DNA of 64,000 nt. Source: a candidate division CSSED10-310 bacterium. Lineage in GTDB: Bacteria > CSSED10-310 > JAFGJC01. The stretch is from positions 1 to 64,000 of the forward strand of contig JAFGLW010000004.1 in NCBI GenBank assembly GCA_016927905.1, given 5' to 3'. Below the pieces are notes generated by a model that worked only from the letters and a program-made list of their open reading frames with translations, had not been told where the DNA came from and did no database searches. The translations under genes and the position numbers were made by a program. The first letter of the stretch is position 1, and each line of letters opens with the position of its first letter. This document shows, piece after piece, positions 1 to 7,258 of the stretch.

Positions 1-200
1 CCTATTGCACTGCATCGACTGTCATTTTGAGCGGATGTGAGAAATCTTTCCCTATTGCACTGCATCGACTGTCATTTTGAGCGGATGCGAGAAATCTTTC
101 CCTATTACACTGCATCGACTGTCATTTTGAGCGGATGCGAGAAATCTTTCCCTATTACACTGCATCGACTGTCATTTCGAGCGGATGCGAGAAATCTTTC
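1..200. repeat. Tandem direct repeat, 4 x 50 bp (unit cctattgcactgcatcgactgtcattttgagcggatgtgagaaatctttc). Units differ by 1-3 SNPs.
   Basis: Read directly. Units are at 1-50, 51-100, 101-150 and 151-200. Variant positions are g/a at unit position 7, t/c at position 28 and t/c at position 38. There are no unique spacers. Confidence 0.9.
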
Positions 201-320
201 CATATCTGAACCCGGTAAGATTTCTCCTCGTTCCGCTATTGACGGAACTCGTCGAAATGACACGGGGGACAGGTACCCGGCAAGATTTCTCGTCGCAGGC
301 TACTCGAAATGACATTTTAA
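201..320. repeat. Two inverted, spacing-variant partial copies of the 50-bp unit. Each has g[tc]aagatttctc, a 20-22-nt spacer, then ctcgaaatgaca.
   Basis: revcomp(gagaaatctt[tc]c)=g[ag]aagatttctc and revcomp(tgtcatttcgag)=ctcgaaatgaca. Both half-sites occur twice in 215-320 with a longer central spacer than in the forward units. Confidence 0.6.
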
Positions 321-805
321 CGATCACACATACCGATGAAAACAGATAGCCCTTACATTTTATTTTAATTTCCGTGATTCCCACGATTATGGGAGGTGTA
401 GTTGGTTGGAAATTCTTCAAATGGTTTTGGTGGGGACGTTTGAAGCGCTATGTTGGTGGAACCCGTGAGTACGGGCTAGATACCCACATGGGCCATCCAG
501 AAGTTAAGCGCCTATTGGAAAAGGGGTGGCAGATTCATTCAACAAAAAGTGTCCGGTATCCGTAGATACGGAAAATCTCTTCATCGGGCAAGTTGATCCT
601 GGTGGATATCAAAGCCAGCCATTCCCTGCGGGCGTTCCTAATTATGGGGAAACCTTACTTATAAATGAGTTTTTTTTATCGCAGGCGCAGCGGTCGGCGC
701 CACCCACGGTGTTTTCGATTTGCCCCCGGTATCTTCTAAAAACAACTGAAAAAAACAGGATTGACTAAACATTCGTCAATCGAAGGTCTGACCCCTTTCT
801 CTGAA

Positions 806-855
806 AACCGGTCCGTCATTACCCTTCTCCGTCCGGGAAATCCATTTTCTTTCAT
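806..855. repeat. Direct repeat copy 1 (aaccggtc[cgtc]attacccttctccgtccgggaaatccattttctttcat), left flank of the MazEF cassette.
   Basis: Near-identical to 2052-2098. Copy 1 carries a 4-nt insertion (cgtc) and one SNP. Confidence 0.8.
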
Positions 856-1069
856 CAGACTGCCTTGGCTGGAAGATTCCCACAGTACCGACCCGGTCAC
901 GGAGGGCCGGGTCACAAGAATGTGCTCTTTCAAAGGGAAAATGCCGGCAGAGACGCCTGCCTTCGCATTCTTTGGGTTTCTTAAACGAAGAAGCACAACT
1001 CATCGGAGCCGGGGGAACCTTCCCGATCATGCTCTACATAGGCATTTTTCAACTCGGAAAGACACCTGA

Positions 1070-1113
1070 AAACCCTCCCCCCGAAAGCGGCCGCTTTCGC
1101 CCGGGGAGGGTTT
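1070..1113. promoter_or_regulatory. Long GC-rich inverted repeat. An 18-bp perfect palindrome cgaaagcggccgctttcg is flanked by aaaccctcccc / ggggagggttt arms. Candidate operator or terminator stem-loop upstream of mazE.
   Basis: Perfect palindrome at 1082-1099. The outer arms at 1070-1080 and 1103-1113 are exact reverse complements. Confidence 0.5.
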
Positions 1114-1279
1114 GGGTGGGGGAGGCTTTGCGAAAAAATATAGAGACACCTTACATATCTCTGCGTAAGTCAGGACAGGATCGGGTGCCGGGAATGCAAT
1201 CGGCGAACCAAGCGTAAGCAAGGGTCTGACCTCTTTTTGCAGGAACAACGCTTGACAGAAATCCGGGGTGTGATTACAT

Positions 1280-1285
1280 TATAAT
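1280..1285 (+). promoter_or_regulatory. Candidate -10 hexamer TATAAT upstream of mazE. A TTGACA is present at 1252-1257, but 22 nt away.
   Basis: tataat at 1280-1285. RBS ggaggg at 1291-1296, followed by ATG 1304. Confidence 0.3.
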
Positions 1286-1303
1286 TACATGGAGGGTTTT
1301 GAC

Positions 1304-1561
1304 ATGAAGACTCGGATTGTCAAGATAGGTAATTCACAGGGCATTCGGATCCCGAAACCTATTTTGGACCAAACCGGTTTAAAAGAGGAAGTTGAGATTT
1401 CGATCGAGAATGATGCCCTGGTCATCCGTTCTCTCACCAGGGCGCGATCCGGATGGGATCAAATCTTCGCTGAAATGCGGGAGTGCGGAGATGACAACAT
1501 GCTGGATTCGATGGATGAACTGGATAATGAATTCGATGAGAAAGATTGGGAATGGAAGTAA
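1304..1561 (+). CDS. mazE: MazE/AbrB/SpoVT-family antitoxin.
   Basis: MKTRIVKIGNSQGIRIPKPILDQTGL... is the swapped-hairpin AbrB/MazE N-terminus. The C-terminal tail is acidic. It overlaps the downstream toxin gene by 16 nt. The track ORF starts at 1289; ATG 1304 has the better RBS. Confidence 0.75.
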   Translation: MKTRIVKIGNSQGIRIPKPILDQTGLKEEVEISIENDALVIRSLTRARSGWDQIFAEMRECGDDNMLDSMDELDNEFDEKDWEWK

Positions 1562-1875
1562 ATCGTTTCGATGTGTTTCTGGTGAATCTTGATCCGACCG
1601 TCGGGAGTGAGATACGGAAATCAAGACCATGCGTCATTATCTCACCCGATGAAATGAACCGGAATATCAGAACGGTGATCATCGCACCCATGACGACGAA
1701 AGGTCGAAATTATCCGACTCGTGTCAAAATCCGTTTTTCCGGAAAAACCGGGCAGGTTGTGCTTGACCAGATTCGAACCGTCGATAAATCAAGACTGGCA
1801 AAACATTTGGGGAGACTCAATCCCGGCCAGTGCGAAACGGTATTGGGAATTTTGCAGGAAATGTTTGCACCATAA
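1546..1875 (+). CDS. mazF: MazF/PemK-family mRNA interferase toxin.
   Basis: NRFDVFLVNLDPTVGSEIRKSRPCVIISPDEMN...VIIAPMTTKGRNYPTRVKI is the MazF/PemK/CcdB-fold signature. It is about 110 aa and is coupled to mazE. Confidence 0.8.
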   Translation: MGMEVNRFDVFLVNLDPTVGSEIRKSRPCVIISPDEMNRNIRTVIIAPMTTKGRNYPTRVKIRFSGKTGQVVLDQIRTVDKSRLAKHLGRLNPGQCETVLGILQEMFAP

Positions 1876-2050
1876 TGGAGTCGAACCTGCGCGCTCCCGG
1901 GGACTGTCCGGGGACACGTTCCGCTTCTCGGGCCGGGTGACTCCCGGCCCTGCGACTTCCGGAACATGTCCCCGCCGGTGACTATGGAGTGGCTGGTGGG
2001 TTTACCAGCACCCGGCACCTAGCCGACTGACAATCAGCGGTCGCATCCTC
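1876..2050 (-). other. Truncated tRNA-like structured-RNA fragment. The minus strand ends in ...GCGCGCAGGTTCGACTCCA, a T-arm that is cut in its 3' stem exactly at the mazF stop.
   Basis: The minus-strand sequence contains a T-loop consensus GGTTCGACTCC and several nested GC hairpins (ggccgggtgactcccggcc, gctggtaaacccaccagc). There is no 3' T-stem or acceptor strand, because the mazF coding sequence begins at that point. Confidence 0.35.
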
Positions 2051-2051
2051 G

Positions 2052-2098
2052 AACCGGTCATTACCCTTCTCCGTCCGGGAAATTCATTTTCTTTACAT
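2052..2098. repeat. Direct repeat copy 2, right flank of the MazEF plus tRNA-like segment.
   Basis: aaccggtcattacccttctccgtccgggaaattcattttctttacat matches 806-855. Confidence 0.8.
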
Positions 2099-2129
2099 AA
2101 CGAGTACGGGAAGGATACAATCAAAAGCA

Positions 2130-2444
2130 ATGAAGACGATTGAAATGATGGAAAAACACGTCGACAAGATCGTCGATCTCTGCAAACGGTTCAACGTGAG
2201 ACAGCTGGACCTGTTCGGATCCGCCAGCCGGGGGGGGTTCAGCCTGGAACAAAGCGATCTGGACTTCTTTGTCGAATTCAACTCGATGCCGCCGTCGGAA
2301 CACGCCGATTGCTATTTCAGGATGCTGGAAGCCCTGGAAGACATGTTTTCCCGTTCCATCGATCTGGTGGAAACCACCGCGGTGAAAAATCCTTATTTTT
2401 CAAAAATTGCCGAACAATCCCGAACAACCCTGTATGCGGCCTGA
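2130..2444 (+). CDS. mntA: MntA-type minimal nucleotidyltransferase, the antitoxin of a HepT/MntA module.
   Basis: LFGSASRGGFSLEQSDLDFFVEF contains the GSxxRG...DxD Pol-beta-type nucleotidyltransferase motif. It is about 104 aa and is coupled to a downstream HEPN gene. Confidence 0.8.
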   Translation: MKTIEMMEKHVDKIVDLCKRFNVRQLDLFGSASRGGFSLEQSDLDFFVEFNSMPPSEHADCYFRMLEALEDMFSRSIDLVETTAVKNPYFSKIAEQSRTTLYAA

Positions 2445-2700
2445 AATCAAAAAACTGCTGTATGATATCCACCGGGCAGCGGAGAATATAGTTGCATTTA
2501 CCGAAGGCGGAACCCTGGATGATTATCTGGACAACGCGCTCCTACGGTCCGGCGTGGAACACCAGTTTGAAATCATCGGTGAGGCTTTGAATCAGGCAGT
2601 CCGAATGGATTCTTCGCTGACGCCTGCACTGAGCACAGCCGAAGTGCTCGCAATGACTGGTGTCAGGGGGCACCGTGCAGAGCGGATAAAAATCGGATAA
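2434..2700 (+). CDS. hepT: HepT-like HEPN-domain toxin (DUF86).
   Basis: It overlaps the mntA stop (ATG 2434, TGA 2442-2444). It has an Rx4H HEPN motif (RSGVEH) and is about 88 aa. Confidence 0.7.
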   Translation: MRPEIKKLLYDIHRAAENIVAFTEGGTLDDYLDNALLRSGVEHQFEIIGEALNQAVRMDSSLTPALSTAEVLAMTGVRGHRAERIKIG

Positions 2701-2710
2701 TATCCGCCGC

Positions 2711-4855
2711 ATGGACCGTTTCCGCACGTCATACCGGCATCTGGTTCCCGTAATTGTGTTCTTCTGCGTCCTGCAGATCCTGCTGTTTGCGCCGCGGCTG
2801 AATTCCGACGGCGCCTACTATTTCGAATTCGTTCGTTCCCTGGTCATCCAGAACGACCTGAATTTCGATGACGAACGGGAGTTTTTCACCTGGGAATGGG
2901 TGCCCGTATTCCGCAACTATCTGCCGGGCGACTGGGACAATACCGGATATCCGCCCAACATCTTTTCCTTCGGTCCCGCCGCCGCCTGGCTGCCGGTCTA
3001 CCTTCTTGTTCACTGGTTCGTGCTGCTGGCGAACCATCTCGGGGCTTCGTTTTCGACGAACGGCTACAGCCTGTTGTACCGGTTTTTCCCCCTGCTTATG
3101 TCGCTGTTGTGCGGCCTGGCGGCCCTGTTCGCGATCGACCGGCTGGGGCGGGATGCCGGCTACCGGCCGCCGGACCGGGCGGCAGGACTTTTTCTGATGC
3201 TCGGGGCGTCCCACTGGCCCGCATTCATTTTCGTCACGCCGGCGTTTTCCCATTCCCTGAGCGTGCTGACGGTTTCGATATTTCTTCTGGCCTGGTACCG
3301 GTCTCGCGACGCCGGCTGGAACGGGAAGGGGTATGCCCTGTACGGCGTGCTGGGCGGTCTGGCCGTTCTGGCCAGATGGCAGAACCTGTTCTGCCTGGTT
3401 CTGCCGCTTCTGGATGCCGCAACCTCCCTCGTGTTTTCTCCAGACCGGCGCTCGTTTTTCCGGCGCTTTTTTCGCTGGACCATCTTCAGTGCAGCCCTAT
3501 TACTGACTGTATCCCCCCAGTTGATCGCCACATGGATCCTGTATGGCACGCCCGTCACCGATCCGCAGGGTGAAGGCGGCATGCTCTGGATGTCCCCCCG
3601 GATCCGGTTGATCCTGTTCGAGGGAATCAAGGGATTGTTCACCGTCAACCCGATCCTGCTGGTCGCCACATTGCTGATCCCGCTGATTTTCCGGAAAAAT
3701 CTCCGGCTGGGATGGGGATTGACCGTTCTGTTTGTCATCCAGCTTTATATCAACGCCGTCCGGCGGGACTGGGCCGGCGTGGGATTCGGCATGCGCCGCT
3801 TTTTGAATCTCGTGCCGGTGTTCGCCCTGGGTCTGACGGCGGGTTTCGATTGGCTCCGGACCCGGAGGCGGAAATTTGTCATCGGTTTATGCTGGACCGC
3901 CGGGATTGCCGCGATCGTCTGGAACCTTCTGTTGATGGCGCAATACTATTATTCCGAACTGGGCGCGCCCTGGACGACGTTCCCGCCGTCCGCCATGATC
4001 CGGAACCAGTTCACGGAAGCTCCCGCCCTGCTGGCAAAACTGGTCGGATCCGGCCTGTTCGCATCGGGTCTGCACGGCGATGCCGCCCATCTGATTCTCG
4101 CGGTCGCCGGGTTACTGCTAACCACCCTGATTATCGCCGTTTTCGTCCGTTTGCGACCGGCTGAACCGGCTCTCGACCGGTTATTTCGGCGTCTTCTGTC
4201 CGTCGCCGTGCTGTGGATCGCGGTTCTCGACGGGTGGCTGCTTCTGAGTGCCGGATCGGCGACGATGTTTCATGCGATTGAATTGCTGCCGGGACCACAT
4301 TTCGGAAGGCCGCGGCTGCTGAGGTTGAATGACGCTTCGGGATATCTGGGATTCCCCGGCGGCCTGGTGTTCGGCCCCGGGCCGCGGTTGTGCGTGATGG
4401 ATGTCCGGGCGGAGTATGTCCGGGACCAGTTCCTGGCGCTGGGACGTCTCGCTGTCGAACCGCACCGACCCTGCCGGAACGAAGCTCTCTGGCGATGCGA
4501 ATTTGCTGGACAATTCGACGCCCGCAGCCTGATACTCATCTCCAGGATCCCATCCGGGCCGGTTCCCGCCGGAACGGAGATCGCCGAAATCTCCGTGACC
4601 GATTCGACCGATCGCCGTCATGCATTCCCCGTACGGGCCGGATATGAAACCGGTTCCGGTATTGACAGCATGCGTTCATCCACAACCGACCGGTTGGTTC
4701 GGGACTATCCTGCCGTGAACCGGATGACGACAAACAATACCGCCGATTATCGCGTGACGTTCGATTGGAAGACATCCGTTTCAGTGCGTACACTGGAGAT
4801 CGCATTCCGCGGATATCCGGTCGTCTGGGAAATTCACGGCCTGGCGTTTCGATGA
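2711..4855 (+). CDS. Polytopic membrane protein, putative GT-C superfamily glycosyltransferase (ArnT/PMT-like), with a ~230-aa C-terminal soluble domain.
   Basis: There are about 12 predicted TM helices. NFDDEREFFTW in the first periplasmic loop resembles the DE motif of ArnT/PMT (GT39/GT83). Confidence 0.5.
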   Translation: MDRFRTSYRHLVPVIVFFCVLQILLFAPRLNSDGAYYFEFVRSLVIQNDLNFDDEREFFTWEWVPVFRNYLPGDWDNTGYPPNIFSFGPAAAWLPVYLLVHWFVLLANHLGASFSTNGYSLLYRFFPLLMSLLCGLAALFAIDRLGRDAGYRPPDRAAGLFLMLGASHWPAFIFVTPAFSHSLSVLTVSIFLLAWYRSRDAGWNGKGYALYGVLGGLAVLARWQNLFCLVLPLLDAATSLVFSPDRRSFFRRFFRWTIFSAALLLTVSPQLIATWILYGTPVTDPQGEGGMLWMSPRIRLILFEGIKGLFTVNPILLVATLLIPLIFRKNLRLGWGLTVLFVIQLYINAVRRDWAGVGFGMRRFLNLVPVFALGLTAGFDWLRTRRRKFVIGLCWTAGIAAIVWNLLLMAQYYYSELGAPWTTFPPSAMIRNQFTEAPALLAKLVGSGLFASGLHGDAAHLILAVAGLLLTTLIIAVFVRLRPAEPALDRLFRRLLSVAVLWIAVLDGWLLLSAGSATMFHAIELLPGPHFGRPRLLRLNDASGYLGFPGGLVFGPGPRLCVMDVRAEYVRDQFLALGRLAVEPHRPCRNEALWRCEFAGQFDARSLILISRIPSGPVPAGTEIAEISVTDSTDRRHAFPVRAGYETGSGIDSMRSSTTDRLVRDYPAVNRMTTNNTADYRVTFDWKTSVSVRTLEIAFRGYPVVWEIHGLAFR

Positions 4856-4971
4856 TCAGCCGGTGTCTTGAACAAAGCGAATGAAACGTCAACGGAGCGC
4901 GTATTCAAATCAGGGGGTTTGACCGATCATGATGGATTTTTTAGTCTGAAAAAAATTCGGGAGGTTGCAGT

Positions 4972-5499
4972 ATGAGTCAGGAAATCGAACCGAGAACACC
5001 GGGTAGGGAATTCACAATTCTGGAGACGATCGCCTGTGCGGTGCCCGGAGTCGCAGGGTATTTGAAGAAGGAGAAAGCCCGGGACAGCGATCAGCGGTAC
5101 CGGATGTTTCTGACGGATCGGCTGGCCGGAATTAAAACATCTCTCGAAACATTAAAACGGAGCCGGGTGGACGAATCCGTTCTGGAAGGTCTGGACCGGC
5201 TGGAACGACTCTGCCGGAAGCTGGATCGTGCGATGGATTCGCTCCGGTACGCTGCCCGGGGATATTCCGGAATGTTCGACGGGGTGAAGGTGCGGGAGCC
5301 GGAATTGAAGCGGCTGGAAGGGTATGATCATATGCTGGCCGGATTGATATCATCGATACACATTGCGTCGGGAAAACTGATTGCCGGGACCGGTGCATTC
5401 GGCGATGTCCGGTCCGGCGTGCAATCGATGGAAGACATGCTGGAGGAGTTGATTCATGCAATCGGGCAGCGCCGGCAGGTTCTGGAACATTTTGAGTGA
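4972..5499 (+). CDS. Hypothetical coiled-coil protein, first gene of the SPFH/Zn-ribbon operon.
   Basis: RBS gggaggttg lies before ATG 4972. The protein is helical and charged. Its stop overlaps the next gene's start region. Confidence 0.5.
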   Translation: MSQEIEPRTPGREFTILETIACAVPGVAGYLKKEKARDSDQRYRMFLTDRLAGIKTSLETLKRSRVDESVLEGLDRLERLCRKLDRAMDSLRYAARGYSGMFDGVKVREPELKRLEGYDHMLAGLISSIHIASGKLIAGTGAFGDVRSGVQSMEDMLEELIHAIGQRRQVLEHFE

Positions 5500-5516
5500 T
5501 GGAAGGGGGCACGAAA

Positions 5517-6500
5517 ATGTCTCAATTTATGGAAGTACTCGAATGGTTTGACGATACCGGCAAACAGATGGTGGTTCGGGTTCCGCAGGAGGGTTCGGCG
5601 GAAATCAAGTTCGGAGCGCAGCTGGTGGTGCGTGAAAACCAGGCCGCAGTCTTTTTCCGCGACGGTACAGCTCTGGACACGTTCGGACCGGGTCGGCATA
5701 CCCTGACGACGCAGAACATCCCGCTCCTGACCAAAGCGCTGGCGTTGCCGTTCGGCTTCAAGAGTCCATTCCGGATCGAAGTCGTTTTCGTCAACTGCAA
5801 GATATTCACCGACATGAAATGGGGGACGAAGGATCCGGTGACCTTCCGGGATTCCCAGCTTGGAATGGTCCGTCTGCGAGCTTTCGGGCGGTTCACGACC
5901 CGGATCAAGAATCCGATGCTCATGGTGAACACCCTGGTCGGAACCCAGGGCCTGTTCGCGACCGAATCCATCGAATCGTATCTCAAGGATATCATCGTCG
6001 CGCGCCTGAACGATCTTCTGGGGGAGACTCTGGTGTCGATACTGGACCTGCCCCGTAATTACGATGAACTGGGAGCGGCCGTCCGGACCCGCCTGATGGA
6101 CGATTTTTCGAAGTTTGGCCTGGAACTCCTGGATTTCTTCATCAGCGCCATCACGCCACCGCCCGAAGTGGAGCGGATGATCGACGAGCGGTCCGGCATG
6201 GCCGCGGTTGGAAATCTGGACGATTTTACGCGTTTCAAAGCGGCGAAGGCAATGGGTGATGCCGCATCCGGAAAGGGTGGCGACGGTGCCGGTGAAGGTG
6301 CGGCAGCCGGAATGGGACTGGGTGTCGGTGCCGGTCTGGGGATGATGATTCCCGGGATGATCCGGGGTGCGATGCAGCCGCAGAAAGGATCTCCCGGACC
6401 GCAAACCTCGGAGGGATTCTGCGGCAAATGTGGCGCAGCCCGGCGGCCGGGTGACCGGTTCTGCCCGCAGTGCGGCACGAAATACGACGACCGAGACTGA
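5517..6500 (+). CDS. SPFH/Band-7 family protein (PF13421-like, YdjI-type) with a Gly-rich linker and a C-terminal zinc ribbon.
   Basis: MSQFMEVLEWFDDTGKQMVVRVPQEGSAEIKFGAQLVVRENQAAVFFRDG...FRIEVVFVNCKIFTDMKWGT matches the YdjI-like SPFH family. The C-terminus is CGKCG...CPQCG. The track ORF starts at GTG 5496; ATG 5517 is preceded by the RBS ggaaggggg. Confidence 0.8.
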   Translation: MSQFMEVLEWFDDTGKQMVVRVPQEGSAEIKFGAQLVVRENQAAVFFRDGTALDTFGPGRHTLTTQNIPLLTKALALPFGFKSPFRIEVVFVNCKIFTDMKWGTKDPVTFRDSQLGMVRLRAFGRFTTRIKNPMLMVNTLVGTQGLFATESIESYLKDIIVARLNDLLGETLVSILDLPRNYDELGAAVRTRLMDDFSKFGLELLDFFISAITPPPEVERMIDERSGMAAVGNLDDFTRFKAAKAMGDAASGKGGDGAGEGAAAGMGLGVGAGLGMMIPGMIRGAMQPQKGSPGPQTSEGFCGKCGAARRPGDRFCPQCGTKYDDRD

Positions 6501-6505
6501 GCGGC

Positions 6506-7258
6506 ATGAAAATCGAATGCCCGGCATGCGCCGGTCCCGTGAACATCCTGCCGGATGACCGGTATCTTCGATGCGAACACTGCGATTCAACGATCCACGT
6601 CGAACTCGGCGAATCCCTGAGGCATACCACATTCAAATTGACCGTTCCGGAGGATCATCTGCGCGGTTTGATCGTCAGGGAATTGAAAGAACACGAACTG
6701 CATGAACCGGTATCAATTCGCTCGATCCGTCTCACTTATATTCCTTTCTGGAGATTCAAAACGGATCGAGAGATCCTTTACCGGCCGGCTGCAACCCTTG
6801 TGGAGCCGTTCTGGGACAACTATGTGCCCCGGTCCGGAGAACTTCAGTATTTCGATCCGACCGCGATCGGTCATGCCCAGTTGATCGATCCGGACATCTA
6901 CCTGGAATCCGCACTGGCAAAACTGTCGGATCCCGAGATCGCCGGTCAGGCGGACATGGAGCCGTCGCTTGTTTTCATCCCGTTTTACCGGATTGAGACC
7001 AGCTATGGGCGAACGGCGGTCGCCGTTTATGTTTCGGGTCACTCCGGTAGAATTTTTTTTGACAACCTGCCGCTCGCCCCGGCCATGATGATGAACCGTA
7101 ATCTTGCATTCACGGCGGGTATCGTGTTTTTTTCATATACTCTGGTCACGTATCTGTCGATCCGGTATACCGGGAACTTCCTGATGGTACTGCTGACAAA
7201 CCTGGTGCTTACAGCCGGACTTTACAGGCTTCTGATGAAAACGGTAATCAGGCGATGA
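6506..7258 (+). CDS. Zinc-ribbon membrane protein, paralog 1. It has an N-terminal CxxC-x17-CxxC ribbon, two [hydrophobic]4-P-[FIV]-[WY] motifs, and C-terminal TM helices.
   Basis: MKIECPACAGP...RCEHCDS, then LTYIPFWRF and SLVFIPFYRIE. The ATGA start overlaps the next gene. Confidence 0.55.
   Translation: MKIECPACAGPVNILPDDRYLRCEHCDSTIHVELGESLRHTTFKLTVPEDHLRGLIVRELKEHELHEPVSIRSIRLTYIPFWRFKTDREILYRPAATLVEPFWDNYVPRSGELQYFDPTAIGHAQLIDPDIYLESALAKLSDPEIAGQADMEPSLVFIPFYRIETSYGRTAVAVYVSGHSGRIFFDNLPLAPAMMMNRNLAFTAGIVFFSYTLVTYLSIRYTGNFLMVLLTNLVLTAGLYRLLMKTVIRR

Noticed and set aside
1-200. CRISPR array.
   Set aside because: The whole 50-bp unit is reiterated with only SNPs. There are no unique spacers between repeats and no cas genes in the window. 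It is a plain tandem repeat.
374-565. Small ORF encoding a Trp/Lys-rich peptide (GWKFFKWFWWGRLKRY), a possible antimicrobial peptide.
   Set aside because: There is no RBS or promoter context, and it lies in the low-GC non-coding stretch. Such ORFs arise readily by chance, and there is no supporting gene neighbourhood.
1876-2060. Assignment of the structured fragment to tmRNA or RNase P RNA.
   Set aside because: Only vague resemblance (a T-loop, and AAACCCAC...ACCAG-type hairpins). The required conserved blocks are absent, and there is too little flanking space for a full gene. It is left as an unassigned tRNA-like fragment.
806-2700. Integron gene-cassette array (TA cassettes separated by attC sites).
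   Set aside because: Only one cassette is bracketed by repeats. The second TA module is followed 11 bp later by a housekeeping-type membrane gene with no attC-like site. No GTTRRRY / RYYYAAC core pair could be identified. No intI gene is in the window.
2729-3738. Long antisense or alternative-frame ORFs inside the GT-C gene (2729..3253 -, 2896..3573 +, 3160..3738 -). Similar nested ORFs occur elsewhere (5454..6632 -, 21691..23046 -, 35344..36255 -, 37473..38975 -, 40002..42749 -, 50651..51901 -).
   Set aside because: They are Arg/Pro/Gly-rich low-complexity translations, typical of off-frame high-GC sequence. They overlap genes that have clear family signatures and have no independent start context.
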